This document shows, one piece after another, positions 37,876 through 47,980 of a stretch of DNA of 64,000 bases. The notes under the pieces were generated by a model. That model had not been told where the DNA came from, did not search any database, and was given only the letters and a program-made list of their open reading frames with translations. Positions within the stretch are counted from its first letter, which is position 1. Every line of letters begins with the position of its first letter. The stretch lies in contig CAKOSH010000008.1 in the NCBI GenBank assembly GCA_934102215.1, positions 16,285 through 80,284 of the forward strand, read 5' to 3'. The DNA is from an uncultured Bacilli bacterium. Its GTDB lineage: Bacteria; Bacillota_I; Bacilli_A; RF39; UBA660. A program made the translations under genes and the position numbers.

Positions 37876-38886
37876 TTATTTCCAAAATGACAATATTTCT
37901 TTTATTCTATTTTTTTTACTATTAAATTTCAATTTTTTTAATTTAATTGATTCTATTTCTTCATTTCCAACATATAAATGCACTTTTTCTTGATTTTTTG
38001 TTAAATTTATCTTTATTTTTAATTTTTCTATTTCATTCTTTTTAAGCAGCATATAATAATCATTCATTATATAATAGTGATAATTATTTTTATTATTTAC
38101 TTTAAATGAAAACGTGTTCATATCTAATATTTTGTATCTTTCATACATTTCAAAATATTTTTCATATAACCTTTTGTGTAAATTAAATTTATCACTTTCA
38201 TCTATTGAAGCGATTATCAATGTTTTTCCATCTTTTCTGGCAGCTGAAACAAACACTTGACCACTTGCTTTTGTGAATCCTATTTTTCCACTTATTAAAT
38301 ATTTATATTCTTTTAATAATTTATTTTTGTTTGGCCATATATATTTGTCAATTTTATAATTTCTTGCTGATGTAATATTCAAAAAATCTTTGTTTTTTAT
38401 AGCATATTTCATTAATATTGCCATATCTTTGGCAGTAGAATAGTTTTTTGAGTCGTCATTTAGTCCATGAGGATTTTCAAAAATAGTGTTGTTCATTCCA
38501 AGTTTCACTGCTTTTAAATTCATTTCTTTTATAAATTTATCATATCCTAAAATGTTTGTAGCAATTGTCATAGCGGCATCATTACCACTTTGTAACATTA
38601 ATCCATGAAGCAAGTCATTTAATGTAAATGTTTCACCTTCTTTAGCGTATATCATTGAACCATTTACCGTTCTTACTTCTTTTCCAATTTTGATTTTCAT
38701 ATTAAGTGATGCATTTTCAAGTGCGATTATGGACGTCATTATTTTTGTAGTCGATGCAATAAGTTTCTTTTCATCTTTTTCTTTAGAATAAAGTATTCTT
38801 CCAGAGTCGGCATCCATTACTACTACTGATGCATTAATAATATTTACACACAATAAAAAGATTAATACTAGTAATATTTTTTTCAT
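37876..38886 (-). CDS. D-alanyl-D-alanine carboxypeptidase (S11), DacB/DacF-like
   Basis: Signal peptide, SxxK ASTTKIMT, SGND, and a KIGFT (KTG-like) motif. Confidence 0.8.
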   Translation of the reverse strand: MKKILLVLIFLLCVNIINASVVVMDADSGRILYSKEKDEKKLIASTTKIMTSIIALENASLNMKIKIGKEVRTVNGSMIYAKEGETFTLNDLLHGLMLQSGNDAAMTIATNILGYDKFIKEMNLKAVKLGMNNTIFENPHGLNDDSKNYSTAKDMAILMKYAIKNKDFLNITSARNYKIDKYIWPNKNKLLKEYKYLISGKIGFTKASGQVFVSAARKDGKTLIIASIDESDKFNLHKRLYEKYFEMYERYKILDMNTFSFKVNNKNNYHYYIMNDYYMLLKKNEIEKLKIKINLTKNQEKVHLYVGNEEIESIKLKKLKFNSKKNRIKEILSFWK

Positions 38887-38916
38887 ATTTAATTTTATGA
38901 TTTTTATTACTAAATA

Positions 38917-39714
38917 TTAATCTTTTAAAAATTTTTCATTTACTATATTTATAAAATTGTAATTTTTCATTCTTAAAAATTTTATTTTTTTATTTTTTAC
39001 AAAACATTCTATTTTTTTAACATTTTCGTATCTTTTATTTGTTCCATCAAATGTTATAATTAAGTCTTTTTTAATTGGCTTAATTAAAATATGTTTCTTT
39101 TCTGGAAGTACAATTGGTGCTAAAAGATTTCTATATGCTTTGGTATTTAATGGGGCGATTGGAGTAATTTGTAATGTGTGAAGAGTATTATATATCAATG
39201 CTCCATGAAAGCTTGTATTGTATGCACTACTTCCTACAGAGGTTGAAACAAGTATTCCATCTCCAGCAAATGTTTCTAAAAAATAATCATCTACATAGAT
39301 ATCCATGGTTAACGCATTTAATTCCATTTCTCTAATTACTATTTCATTAAGTGAAAAGTGCCTAGACACAGAATCTTCAGTTGTGATTTTTGTTTCAAGT
39401 GTACCAATATTATCGACTTTAAAATCATTTTCATTCAATGAAATAACAAATTCTTCTATCTTCTCTGGTTTTATTTCTTGTAAAAATCCAAGTGTCCCTG
39501 TATTAATTCCAACGTAATAAATATCACTATTGAAATTAGTACCATTTACCATTCTCAAAAATGAACCATCTCCACCTATTGCGACTGCTAAATCATATTC
39601 TTCTTCTACTACTTCAAATTTATATTTTTCTAATTTCTCTTGAAGTTTCAATTTAATTTTATAAGATTCTTCATTTTCATTAGCAAAAATTTTAATTTTA
39701 TTGATTTTTCTCAT
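38917..39714 (-). CDS. nadK: NAD kinase
   Basis: GGDGSFLR motif and the TGTLGFL pattern. ATG at 39714 lies 1 nt after the nrtR stop. Confidence 0.9.
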   Translation of the reverse strand: MRKINKIKIFANENEESYKIKLKLQEKLEKYKFEVVEEEYDLAVAIGGDGSFLRMVNGTNFNSDIYYVGINTGTLGFLQEIKPEKIEEFVISLNENDFKVDNIGTLETKITTEDSVSRHFSLNEIVIREMELNALTMDIYVDDYFLETFAGDGILVSTSVGSSAYNTSFHGALIYNTLHTLQITPIAPLNTKAYRNLLAPIVLPEKKHILIKPIKKDLIITFDGTNKRYENVKKIECFVKNKKIKFLRMKNYNFINIVNEKFLKD

Positions 39715-39715
39715 C

Positions 39716-40534
39716 TTATTTACCTTTATATTTGAATAATACACTTGGTCTATGTCCTTCACCTGTTTTAATCTTATCAGTTTTTTCTACTTTGTTTGCA
39801 ATGATTCTTCTAAAGGCAGGATCGAGTAATTTTTTATTAAGTATAACTTCATATACTTGTTGAAGTTCACCAAGTGTAAAATATTCTCCCATCATATTAA
39901 AGACAATATCAGTATACATTATCTTATTTTTTAATCTTTCAATACCGCTTACTATCACAAGTGGATGATCAAAAGCAATTGAATCATTTTTAACTATGTC
40001 AAATTTATATCTATCTGTAGTACTTTCTTTAAGTGCCTTGCTTACCACGAAATTCAAAGATTCATTTCCATTATCAAGTGTAACATTGAAAGTTTTTTCA
40101 TCTTCAATATAACTTATATTAAACCATGATGCATTCTCATATAGTGAATCATTTAATTTGTTTTTATCAACTAATGCAATATATGAAACACTTAATACTC
40201 TTGTTCTAGGATCTCTATTAATACCATCAAAAGTATATAACTGTTCCATAAAGATGTTGTGTAAATTTGTTTCACTAGCAAGCACTCTTCTAGCAGCTTC
40301 TTCTGTAGTTTCTGTATTTTTTACAAATCCACCTGGTAAACACCACTTTCCTTTAAATGGATAGTCTTTTCTTTTAACAAGTAAAACACTATAATATTTA
40401 TCTTTTAGTTTTCTATAATTATTTTGAATACCATTTGATACACTTAATAATAAAACATCACTGGTTACAGATGGACGTTCAAACTCATTAACATTATAAT
40501 TTTTTAGAAATTCCTCTTCATTTTTATATTTCAC
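39716..40534 (-). CDS. nrtR: Nudix-related transcriptional regulator NrtR (Nudix domain plus C-terminal winged-helix)
   Basis: Nudix-like segment GKWCLPGGFVKNTETTEEAARRVLASETN plus a ~90-aa C-terminal domain. Embedded in an NAD salvage operon. Confidence 0.65.
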   Translation of the reverse strand: MKYKNEEEFLKNYNVNEFERPSVTSDVLLLSVSNGIQNNYRKLKDKYYSVLLVKRKDYPFKGKWCLPGGFVKNTETTEEAARRVLASETNLHNIFMEQLYTFDGINRDPRTRVLSVSYIALVDKNKLNDSLYENASWFNISYIEDEKTFNVTLDNGNESLNFVVSKALKESTTDRYKFDIVKNDSIAFDHPLVIVSGIERLKNKIMYTDIVFNMMGEYFTLGELQQVYEVILNKKLLDPAFRRIIANKVEKTDKIKTGEGHRPSVLFKYKGK

Positions 40535-40547
40535 ACTTCACTCCTCC

Positions 40548-41018
40548 TTATAAAATCTCAATTAATCTTTCCATTATATCATTTACGATTAATTCTTTAA
40601 CTTCCTTACGTGGCTTATTTGGTACGATTATTTTCATATCAGTATATGTATCATTTTTACTATTATAAATGCTCACAAACACCTCATTATCATTACCACT
40701 TAAATTATTTTCATCAACTCTATTTATTTTTCCAGTGATTCCTATCCCATATGTACTACATGCAAACTTACTTATATTTTTACTCATTTCATGAGCAGTT
40801 TCAATACTATAAACAGAATATTTATCGATAACATCAGGATTAACACCCATCTTAATCTTATATTCATTTGAATATGTTACTGCTGAAAACTTTAATACTT
40901 CGCTTGAACCATCAACACATGTAATCGTACTCGCAAAGTATCCGCCAGTGCATGACTCCATTGATGCGATTGTTTCTTTATTTTTTATTAATTTTTTTAC
41001 TACTTCTTTTTCTTTCAT
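40548..41018 (-). CDS. pncC: Nicotinamide-nucleotide amidohydrolase PncC (CinA C-terminal domain)
   Basis: IASMESCTGG motif, about 156 aa, NAD operon context. Confidence 0.8.
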   Translation of the reverse strand: MKEKEVVKKLIKNKETIASMESCTGGYFASTITCVDGSSEVLKFSAVTYSNEYKIKMGVNPDVIDKYSVYSIETAHEMSKNISKFACSTYGIGITGKINRVDENNLSGNDNEVFVSIYNSKNDTYTDMKIIVPNKPRKEVKELIVNDIMERLIEIL

Positions 41019-41055
41019 AATTACCTCTTTTATATATTTTGATTATAACACACTA

Positions 41056-41616
41056 TTAGTTAACATATAAATTATTTCTTTTAATATAATTATACACTTC
41101 CATATCAATATATTTTAAAATTTCTCTGTCTTTATTTAAAATCATATTTCTAACCATAGTGGATGATATATTTTCACTATCCACTTTATTTGTCACTACA
41201 AAATTGTATTTTAAATACTTATCATAAACACATGCATCAATATCATTTCTTTTAACAACAATAATACGATATTTCAAAATTTCATCTATATTTTTCCATT
41301 TATCAAAATTTATAAGTAAATCATCACCAATAACTAAATAAATCTTATCATTTTTATATTGTTTTTGAATTTTTCTTAAAACTTGATATGTATATTCACA
41401 TTTATTATTTTTAGTGTCTATAATAATGTTTTCACTCTCATAGAACTTTAACATGTTTATTCTGTCTTTAATGTCAATAAGATTATTTTTATCCCAATAA
41501 GCTAGCGTTGGTACGATAATTACTTTATCAACATAATTGCTAAGTATAAGATTCACTACTTTGATATGACTTTTATGAACAGGATTAAAACTTCCAACAT
41601 ATACAGCTATTTTCAT
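41056..41616 (-). CDS. nadD: Nicotinate-nucleotide adenylyltransferase
   Basis: MKIAVYVGSFNPVHKSH (the (H/T)xxH nucleotidyltransferase motif) and C-terminal ISSTMVR. Start at the internal ATG, 4 nt after the nadE stop. Confidence 0.85.
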   Translation of the reverse strand: MKIAVYVGSFNPVHKSHIKVVNLILSNYVDKVIIVPTLAYWDKNNLIDIKDRINMLKFYESENIIIDTKNNKCEYTYQVLRKIQKQYKNDKIYLVIGDDLLINFDKWKNIDEILKYRIIVVKRNDIDACVYDKYLKYNFVVTNKVDSENISSTMVRNMILNKDREILKYIDMEVYNYIKRNNLYVN

Positions 41617-41620
41617 AAGT

Positions 41621-42379
41621 TTATTTTTCTCTTTGATACACAGGAATGTTAAACTTATGTAAATTATTCGTATGTAATTTGTCAACTTTACTTTTTACTT
41701 CATTACTTACCATTTCACCATTTATAACAGATGCGATATCCTTATATTTAACACCTAATTTATCTTCATCAGTTTTACCACTTAATCCATCATTAGGACT
41801 TTTAAATAATACTTGTTCGGGTACTTCTAAATACTTGCCTATTTCAATAACTTCATCAAATGTATAATTATTAAGAGTTCCAATATCATAAGTAGAATCT
41901 CCTCCCTTAGTAAAATATCCTACATAAAGTTCGCATAGATTTGATGTACCAGCAACAAGATATGTACCATGTTTAAGTTCACTATATAGTGCCGCTATGT
42001 AGTAGCAAGTACTCATTCTAAGTCTTGGCTTAATATTAATATCACTATTTTGTAATTCTTCTTCACTAAAATCTCCTAAAAGTGAAATTTCATTCTTAAA
42101 TGTGTCAAATGTTTTAGTTAAATCTACGTTTATTAGTTCGAAACCATATTTTTCACTTACTAGTTTGGCATCACTTTTATCACTACTTTTTGAATGACAT
42201 GGCATTGTTATACCAACTACATTTTCACTACCAAGTGCTTTTGTAAATAAGGCAGCAACTACACCTGAATCTTTACCGCCACTTATACCAAGTACAACAC
42301 CTTTCAAATTATATTTCTTATAATAATTCCTTATAAATTCTATTATTTTTTCAGTTTCTTTTTTAGCATTAAATTTCAT
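41621..42379 (-). CDS. nadE: NH3-dependent NAD+ synthetase
   Basis: PP-loop GISGGKDS, about 250 aa. Confidence 0.9.
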   Translation of the reverse strand: MKFNAKKETEKIIEFIRNYYKKYNLKGVVLGISGGKDSGVVAALFTKALGSENVVGITMPCHSKSSDKSDAKLVSEKYGFELINVDLTKTFDTFKNEISLLGDFSEEELQNSDINIKPRLRMSTCYYIAALYSELKHGTYLVAGTSNLCELYVGYFTKGGDSTYDIGTLNNYTFDEVIEIGKYLEVPEQVLFKSPNDGLSGKTDEDKLGVKYKDIASVINGEMVSNEVKSKVDKLHTNNLHKFNIPVYQREK

Positions 42380-43853
42380 TTTTATTTCCTTCTTTCTTAC
42401 TTTTTATCATTTTTATTTCTTCTTCATAACTTAATTTTTTTGCGTCCATTATCATATTTCTTTTTAGATTTAATAATTCTTTTGATAATCCAACATGATG
42501 AATATGGGGATTATATAATCTTTGTGATTCTGGATATATTGTTTTGAATTCTTCTTCTGCATACTTTCTTGTTTCTTCAAGTGTTGGTTCATCATAAACA
42601 AGACATCCATTTATAAATATAGGCACTTGTAATTCACGTAGTGTGTAATTATCAATTTTATGTCTTTTAAAGTCAGCATGTTCATCAACTATTGTATAAC
42701 TATCAGGATTTATTTCTTCATCTTTAAGTGCGATTACATCACCAATAGCGTATCCACTATTTTTATCATAAAATCTCATTACTTTTTTAAAACCAGGATT
42801 AGTTATTTTACCAACATTATCACTTATTTTTATTTTAGGTTCTAACTTGCCCTCTTTTTCAATTGCTGATAATTTATAAACACCTCCAAAGACTGGGCAA
42901 CTTTTTGATGTAATTAAATTTTCACCAACTCCGAATGAATCAATTGGAGCGCCTTCATTTAAGAGTGATGTAATTGTGTACTCATCAAGTGAATTTGATA
43001 CGCATATTTTAGTATCTTCAAGTCCAGCTTCATCTAACATTTTTCTTGCTTCTTTTGATAAATATGCAAGATCACCACTATCAAGTCTTATCCCTTTTAA
43101 TGTGTATCCATTTGGTATTAAGTAATCTTTAGCAACTTTAATTGCATTAGGTACACCACTTCTTAATGTATCAATTGTATCAACTAGAAATACTGAATCA
43201 TTAGGAAAGCATTTAGCATAAGCAAGAAATGCTTCATATTCATTATCATATTTCATTATATGTGAATGTGCCATTGTTCCAAGTAATGGTACTCCATATC
43301 TTTTTCCTGTTTCATAACAAGAGGTTCCAATACATCCACTAATATAAGCATCCTTTGCTCCAACTATTGCAGCTTCACTGCCTTGAGCTCTTCTTGCTCC
43401 AAATTCCATAACGCCTCTACCTCTTGCAGCATTTGTTATTCTTCTTGATTTAGTAGCAATTAAACTTCCATGATTAAATTTATTTAATAAATCAGTTTCA
43501 ATTATTTGAGCTTCAAGAGCATTCGCTCTTACTGTAATACAAGGTTCACCAGGGAACATAATTGTTCCATCGGGTACAGCATACACATCTCCAGTAAATT
43601 TAAAATTTCTTAAATATTCAAGTGTCTTTTCATCAAATTTATTCAAACTTCTTAAATATTCTATATCTTCATCTGTAAATTTAATATTTCTAATATAATC
43701 AATTATTTCATGAAGACCACATATTACATTGTAACCTCCATTATCTAAATTCTTTCTAAAAAACACATCGAAATAACATACTTCATTTTCTTTATTATTT
43801 CTAATATCAGTGTGTTCCATTGTTAGTTCATAAAAATCAATTAACTTTTCCAT
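42369..43853 (-). CDS. pncB: Nicotinate phosphoribosyltransferase
   Basis: About 490 aa with LYELTM-like N-terminus (FYELTMEH), FGARRAQG and GTMAHS motifs. Confidence 0.9.
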   Translation of the reverse strand: MEKLIDFYELTMEHTDIRNNKENEVCYFDVFFRKNLDNGGYNVICGLHEIIDYIRNIKFTDEDIEYLRSLNKFDEKTLEYLRNFKFTGDVYAVPDGTIMFPGEPCITVRANALEAQIIETDLLNKFNHGSLIATKSRRITNAARGRGVMEFGARRAQGSEAAIVGAKDAYISGCIGTSCYETGKRYGVPLLGTMAHSHIMKYDNEYEAFLAYAKCFPNDSVFLVDTIDTLRSGVPNAIKVAKDYLIPNGYTLKGIRLDSGDLAYLSKEARKMLDEAGLEDTKICVSNSLDEYTITSLLNEGAPIDSFGVGENLITSKSCPVFGGVYKLSAIEKEGKLEPKIKISDNVGKITNPGFKKVMRFYDKNSGYAIGDVIALKDEEINPDSYTIVDEHADFKRHKIDNYTLRELQVPIFINGCLVYDEPTLEETRKYAEEEFKTIYPESQRLYNPHIHHVGLSKELLNLKRNMIMDAKKLSYEEEIKMIKSKKEGNKNEI

Positions 43854-44428
43854 TATATATTTTCAACTCCTATTCCTTGATTTTTCATAAGTCTTAATGC
43901 CATTTTGTTGTATTCTTCTCTATCATGTGTTTCACTATTAAATGTTTCAACTGCATTTTGTGGAACTCTTACTTTAACTTTTCTATTATTTTCATCAAAA
44001 TAATTTATGAGTGGTATCGCAAGATTCATTACACATATATCAGTACAACAACCTGTTATTACTACTTCTTCTAGTGATTTCATTCTTTCAATATCTCTCA
44101 TAAAGTTTGAAGCAAATATTGTACTAGTTGAATTCTTTCTATATACTAAAGAATCTTTTTCATAACTAGATAACTCACTTATTAATTCACACTCACTTGT
44201 TCCATCAATACAATGAACAGGATACTTTCTAAACTCAATTGAATCCCTAGTATGAGTATCTTTAATAAATGCAACTGCTTCATCTTCACTTAAGAATTTT
44301 TCTACTAATGATTTAATTTTTGGTGTTATATGATTAATATCTTTATCACTCATCTTCCCTTCTTTAATAAATCCATTTACCATATCCACAACAACTAGTA
44401 ATTTCTTATAATTTTCTATCTTTGTCAT
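43853..44428 (-). CDS. pncA: Nicotinamidase / isochorismatase-family cysteine hydrolase
   Basis: LLVVVDMVNGF and the catalytic-Cys region ITGCCTDICV. ATG at 44428 follows AGGAGGT. TAATG overlap with pncB. Confidence 0.8.
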   Translation of the reverse strand: MTKIENYKKLLVVVDMVNGFIKEGKMSDKDINHITPKIKSLVEKFLSEDEAVAFIKDTHTRDSIEFRKYPVHCIDGTSECELISELSSYEKDSLVYRKNSTSTIFASNFMRDIERMKSLEEVVITGCCTDICVMNLAIPLINYFDENNRKVKVRVPQNAVETFNSETHDREEYNKMALRLMKNQGIGVENI

Positions 44429-44439
44429 ATACCTCCTTC

Positions 44440-44466
44440 TTGTTATTATCATTTTGTTAATAACAA
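44440..44466. promoter_or_regulatory. Operator O2: TTGTTATTAT-N7-TTAATAACAA palindrome abutting the pncA RBS
   Basis: 19 of 20 arm positions are palindromic, with the same architecture as O1. Candidate NrtR site. Confidence 0.55.
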
Positions 44467-44495
44467 TTATTATTTTAAAAGAGAACTTTTTTCTC

Positions 44496-44522
44496 TTGTT
44501 ATTAACATTATATTAATAACAA
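44496..44522. promoter_or_regulatory. Operator O1: perfect TTGTTATTAA-N7-TTAATAACAA palindrome whose spacer contains the -10 box
   Basis: 10-bp perfect inverted repeat read directly from the sequence. Candidate NrtR site. Confidence 0.6.
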
Positions 44523-44535
44523 ACTATTTTGTCAA
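44507..44535 (-). promoter_or_regulatory. Consensus sigma-A promoter of the NAD salvage operon
   Basis: Reverse strand TTGACA-17 nt-TATAAT; both hexamers are perfect. Confidence 0.75.
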
Positions 44536-44609
44536 CTATTTTTGTAAAAAAAATAAAAAGTTTTTATCAAACTTTCTACTTTCAGTTTCTTAATTTGCTA
44601 TTTCAATTA

Positions 44610-45149
44610 TTATTTATTCTCATAATTATATAATCCATGTAGCTTTTCTAGTACTACTCTATCTGGATTTTCAAGTACCCAGTCACCATCTTTTTTATTT
44701 AATTTAAACTCAACTTCATAACTTATCTTCTCATTTGTTTTAAGCATATTATCAAGTTTATATTTATTATATTTATCGTTATCATATATTCCATCTGTAG
44801 TGAATTCATCTTGATGATCATTTAAATAATTATAAGCATCTCTATCAATCTTATATAAATCATATACAGTTACTTTCACAGTAACAGTCGCATTCTCTCC
44901 ATCAATCTTTTCATCTTTAACTTCATATTTCATATCTTGATATTGTCTTGTAAGAACATTTCTATAAATATCAGCATTATCACCAGATAAGTTTTCACTA
45001 GTTACCTTACTTTCCATATCTATTTTTACATTATCACTTAACGAATTATATTGATTTAAATATGCTTCTACCTTACCAGTTGGCGTATTTGATAAACTAC
45101 ATGCACTTAAAGATAACAATAATACTACGAATAATAAAATCTTTTTCAT
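44610..45149 (-). CDS. Lipoprotein of unknown function
   Basis: Signal peptide with lipobox LSLSAC. Confidence 0.5.
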   Translation of the reverse strand: MKKILLFVVLLLSLSACSLSNTPTGKVEAYLNQYNSLSDNVKIDMESKVTSENLSGDNADIYRNVLTRQYQDMKYEVKDEKIDGENATVTVKVTVYDLYKIDRDAYNYLNDHQDEFTTDGIYDNDKYNKYKLDNMLKTNEKISYEVEFKLNKKDGDWVLENPDRVVLEKLHGLYNYENK

Positions 45150-45195
45150 CGATTCCTCCTAATAATATTGTTACCATTAATTATAAAAATATACA

Positions 45196-45789
45196 TTATG
45201 AATTTATTAATTCAACTATTTTCTTTAATTTATCATGCTTTTCACTATATTTTTCTTTTATTGAATCAATTAATTTTAAATATTTATCTTTTTCATTATT
45301 ATTTTTATTAAACCATTCATAATATAGATAATCTATTATTTCTTTATTGTTCTTTTCTTTTTCAATATATTTTACTAAATTATTTATTGTAATATTTTCT
45401 TTCCTAGTATTATATGAATATGAAATTTCATTTTTAATAGTCTTATATTCTAACTTATACTTTTGCTTATTTCGCATATCTTCAAGTACATCTTTTTCTT
45501 CAATTAAATCTAATTTACTTAATTTATCTATTTTACCTTTATTATCAAATTTAATACATATTGTATCTATATCATTACAAAATATACTTGTATAATTAGA
45601 TAAAGAAATTTTATCAAGAAAAGTATCATTTACTTTAACTCTACCACTTATTATATTTTCATATACATTATCATTTACTTTAAATACTGGTACTTTCTTT
45701 AATACCATAATTTTATCCATCTTATTCCATTCATAAAAATTAATTAATTCATTCTTTAAATTCACTTTTATATTGTAAGTATAATTCAT
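45196..45789 (-). CDS. Hypothetical protein
   Basis: ORF only. Confidence 0.3.
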   Translation of the reverse strand: MNYTYNIKVNLKNELINFYEWNKMDKIMVLKKVPVFKVNDNVYENIISGRVKVNDTFLDKISLSNYTSIFCNDIDTICIKFDNKGKIDKLSKLDLIEEKDVLEDMRNKQKYKLEYKTIKNEISYSYNTRKENITINNLVKYIEKEKNNKEIIDYLYYEWFNKNNNEKDKYLKLIDSIKEKYSEKHDKLKKIVELINS

Positions 45790-45991
45790 TTTTTCTTCCT
45801 TTCTTTAATGATAATATTATTAAAATTATTCCTATAAATATTTTAGTACATTCTATACTTGACACTATATACTTTACATAGTCTAACATACTATATCCCA
45901 TACGTAATAAATTCAAGTAAATTATTATATACATTAACGCTGATGATGTTATTATTATTCCTAATATAAAACAAATTATTCTTTTTAACAT
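45749..45991 (-). CDS. Small two-TM membrane protein
   Basis: Two hydrophobic helices. Overlaps the downstream ORF by 41 nt. Confidence 0.35.
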   Translation of the reverse strand: MLKRIICFILGIIITSSALMYIIIYLNLLRMGYSMLDYVKYIVSSIECTKIFIGIILIILSLKKGRKNELYLQYKSEFKE

Positions 45992-46047
45992 ATTAAAGTA
46001 TATTTATTTTGATATAAAAATATTATATAATGATTAAGGTGATTAAA

Positions 46048-46845
46048 ATGGAAATGTTAAAATATATAATACTTGGATTAATACAAGGTCTTACAGAAAC
46101 TATACCTGTTTCTTCTAGTGGACACTTAATGATACTAAAAAGACTTATGGATATGAATGTTGATTTTGATACAATTGCGATACTTACTAATTTTGGTTCA
46201 TTAATAGCGATAGTTATATTATTTTGGAATGATTTAGTTAAACTTGTTAAAAATTTCTTTATCTATTTATTTAAGAAAGATAAAAGTGCTAAAAATGATT
46301 ATAAGTATTGCTGGATGATAGTTCTTGGTTGTATTCCAGCTGGTCTAATGGGCCTTGCTGTTAGTAAGTTGGAACTATTTGCGAAGATTGAAAACAATAT
46401 TAAAATAGTTGGATTATCATTAATTATTACTTCAATTCTTCTATTTATTGTAAGAAACTTTAAAGGTAAAAAAAGTGATAATGAAATTGGTGTTCGTGAA
46501 GCATTAACAGTTGGTGCTTTTCAAATAATGGGATTATTTCCAGGCATAAGTAGAAGTGGTTCAACAATAGTTGGCGGTATGAGTAGTGGTCTTAAAAGAG
46601 ATACTGCATTCAAATATTCATTTATGTTGTATATACCAATGAGTATTGCTGCGACAGGACTTGAACTTACAAGTGTTGATTTACATAGTGACTTAATTAT
46701 TTATTATGCTGTCTCTATACTTGTTTCAACAATAGTTACCCTACTTGTAACTAAATGGTTTAGAAAGATAGTTAACAATGGAAAACTTATTTACTTTAGT
46801 ATTTATTGTTTAATAGTTGGATTACTTGTTATATTATTCTTATAA
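46048..46845 (+). CDS. uppP: Undecaprenyl-diphosphate phosphatase
   Basis: GLIQGLTETIPVSSSGHL and PGISRSGSTI motifs. ATG at 46048 follows AAGGTGA. Confidence 0.9.
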   Translation: MEMLKYIILGLIQGLTETIPVSSSGHLMILKRLMDMNVDFDTIAILTNFGSLIAIVILFWNDLVKLVKNFFIYLFKKDKSAKNDYKYCWMIVLGCIPAGLMGLAVSKLELFAKIENNIKIVGLSLIITSILLFIVRNFKGKKSDNEIGVREALTVGAFQIMGLFPGISRSGSTIVGGMSSGLKRDTAFKYSFMLYIPMSIAATGLELTSVDLHSDLIIYYAVSILVSTIVTLLVTKWFRKIVNNGKLIYFSIYCLIVGLLVILFL

Positions 46846-46896
46846 TTATGAATTTAAAAACTACAATGAAATTAATCGTTGTAGTTTTATTATGAT

Positions 46897-47970
46897 TTAA
46901 TCTTCTAATTCTTTTATACTATTTTCATCTAATTTAACATTATTAATTGAATCAAATCTCTTAGTAATCTTTTCAGTTGTTTTATGAATATTTTCAACGT
47001 CATTATTAACTGTTTGTATAGTTCTTGATAACTTATCCCATCTTTCTCTATATCTTCCAAATTCAATACCTAATTTATTTAATTCATCATGTATTACAGA
47101 TGTATATTTATCTCTTTCAAGGCCCATCAACACAGACTGAATAATAGTAAGTAAACTCATAAGTGTAGTTGGAGAAGTTATCCATACTTTCTTACTTGCT
47201 GCATACTTTATAATATTAGGATGATATGCATTAATTTCAGCAAAAATAGCTTCAGCAGGTAAAAACATAATAGCCTGATTAGTAGTTTCACCATCAATTA
47301 TATATTTAGAAGCAATAGCGTCTATATGTTTTTTAACATCATTATCAAACATCTTACTTCTTTCATTTCTCTCTGTTTCACTAAGTCCTTTTTCAACAAG
47401 TCTTCTATAGTTTTCAAGAGGAAACTTAGAATCAATACATATAGTACCAAGAGGTTCAGGTCCAAAAACTATCGCATCCGCTATAGAAGAATTAGACATT
47501 GTATATTGAGTTTTATATATCTTATCATTCTTTTCTCCAAATATTGAAGATAATATATGATAAAGATTAACTTCTCCAAAAATACCTCTACTCTTTTTAT
47601 CAGTAAGAATACTTTCAAGAGATACAATTTCATTGCCAAGACCATCTATCTTCTTTTGAGCTTCATCTATTCTAGTAAGTCTATTCATTACTTCAGTAAA
47701 TGTTTTATTAGTCTTATCAAATCCATCTTCTAATTTCTCATTAACCTTTTGATTAATTAAATTAAGTTTATATTCAATCCTATCATTTAAACTATTAAAA
47801 TCTTTATTTAAATCATTAGAAAAATTATGTTTAAATTCACTTATCTCTTTTATCACATTTATTTCTGTTCTACTTAATTTTTCATTTAATTCACTATTAT
47901 TTTTTCTAGTAAGTAACACTATCAATAAGATAATTATCACTACTAAAAGTCCTACTATTACATATTCCAT
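46897..47970 (-). CDS. rmuC: DNA recombination protein RmuC
   Basis: N-terminal TM plus coiled coil. C-terminal RmuC nuclease-like region (IDSKFPLENY, FLPAEAIF). Confidence 0.8.
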   Translation of the reverse strand: MEYVIVGLLVVIIILLIVLLTRKNNSELNEKLSRTEINVIKEISEFKHNFSNDLNKDFNSLNDRIEYKLNLINQKVNEKLEDGFDKTNKTFTEVMNRLTRIDEAQKKIDGLGNEIVSLESILTDKKSRGIFGEVNLYHILSSIFGEKNDKIYKTQYTMSNSSIADAIVFGPEPLGTICIDSKFPLENYRRLVEKGLSETERNERSKMFDNDVKKHIDAIASKYIIDGETTNQAIMFLPAEAIFAEINAYHPNIIKYAASKKVWITSPTTLMSLLTIIQSVLMGLERDKYTSVIHDELNKLGIEFGRYRERWDKLSRTIQTVNNDVENIHKTTEKITKRFDSINNVKLDENSIKELED

Positions 47971-47980
47971 ATTACTACCT

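Noticed and set aside
44479-44497. The hairpin AAGAGAA-N5-TTCTCTT in the pncA leader was considered as a possible attenuator or riboswitch terminator.
   Set aside because: It is only a 7-bp A/U-rich stem with no convincing U-tract or alternative antiterminator. It is more simply spacer sequence between the two operators.
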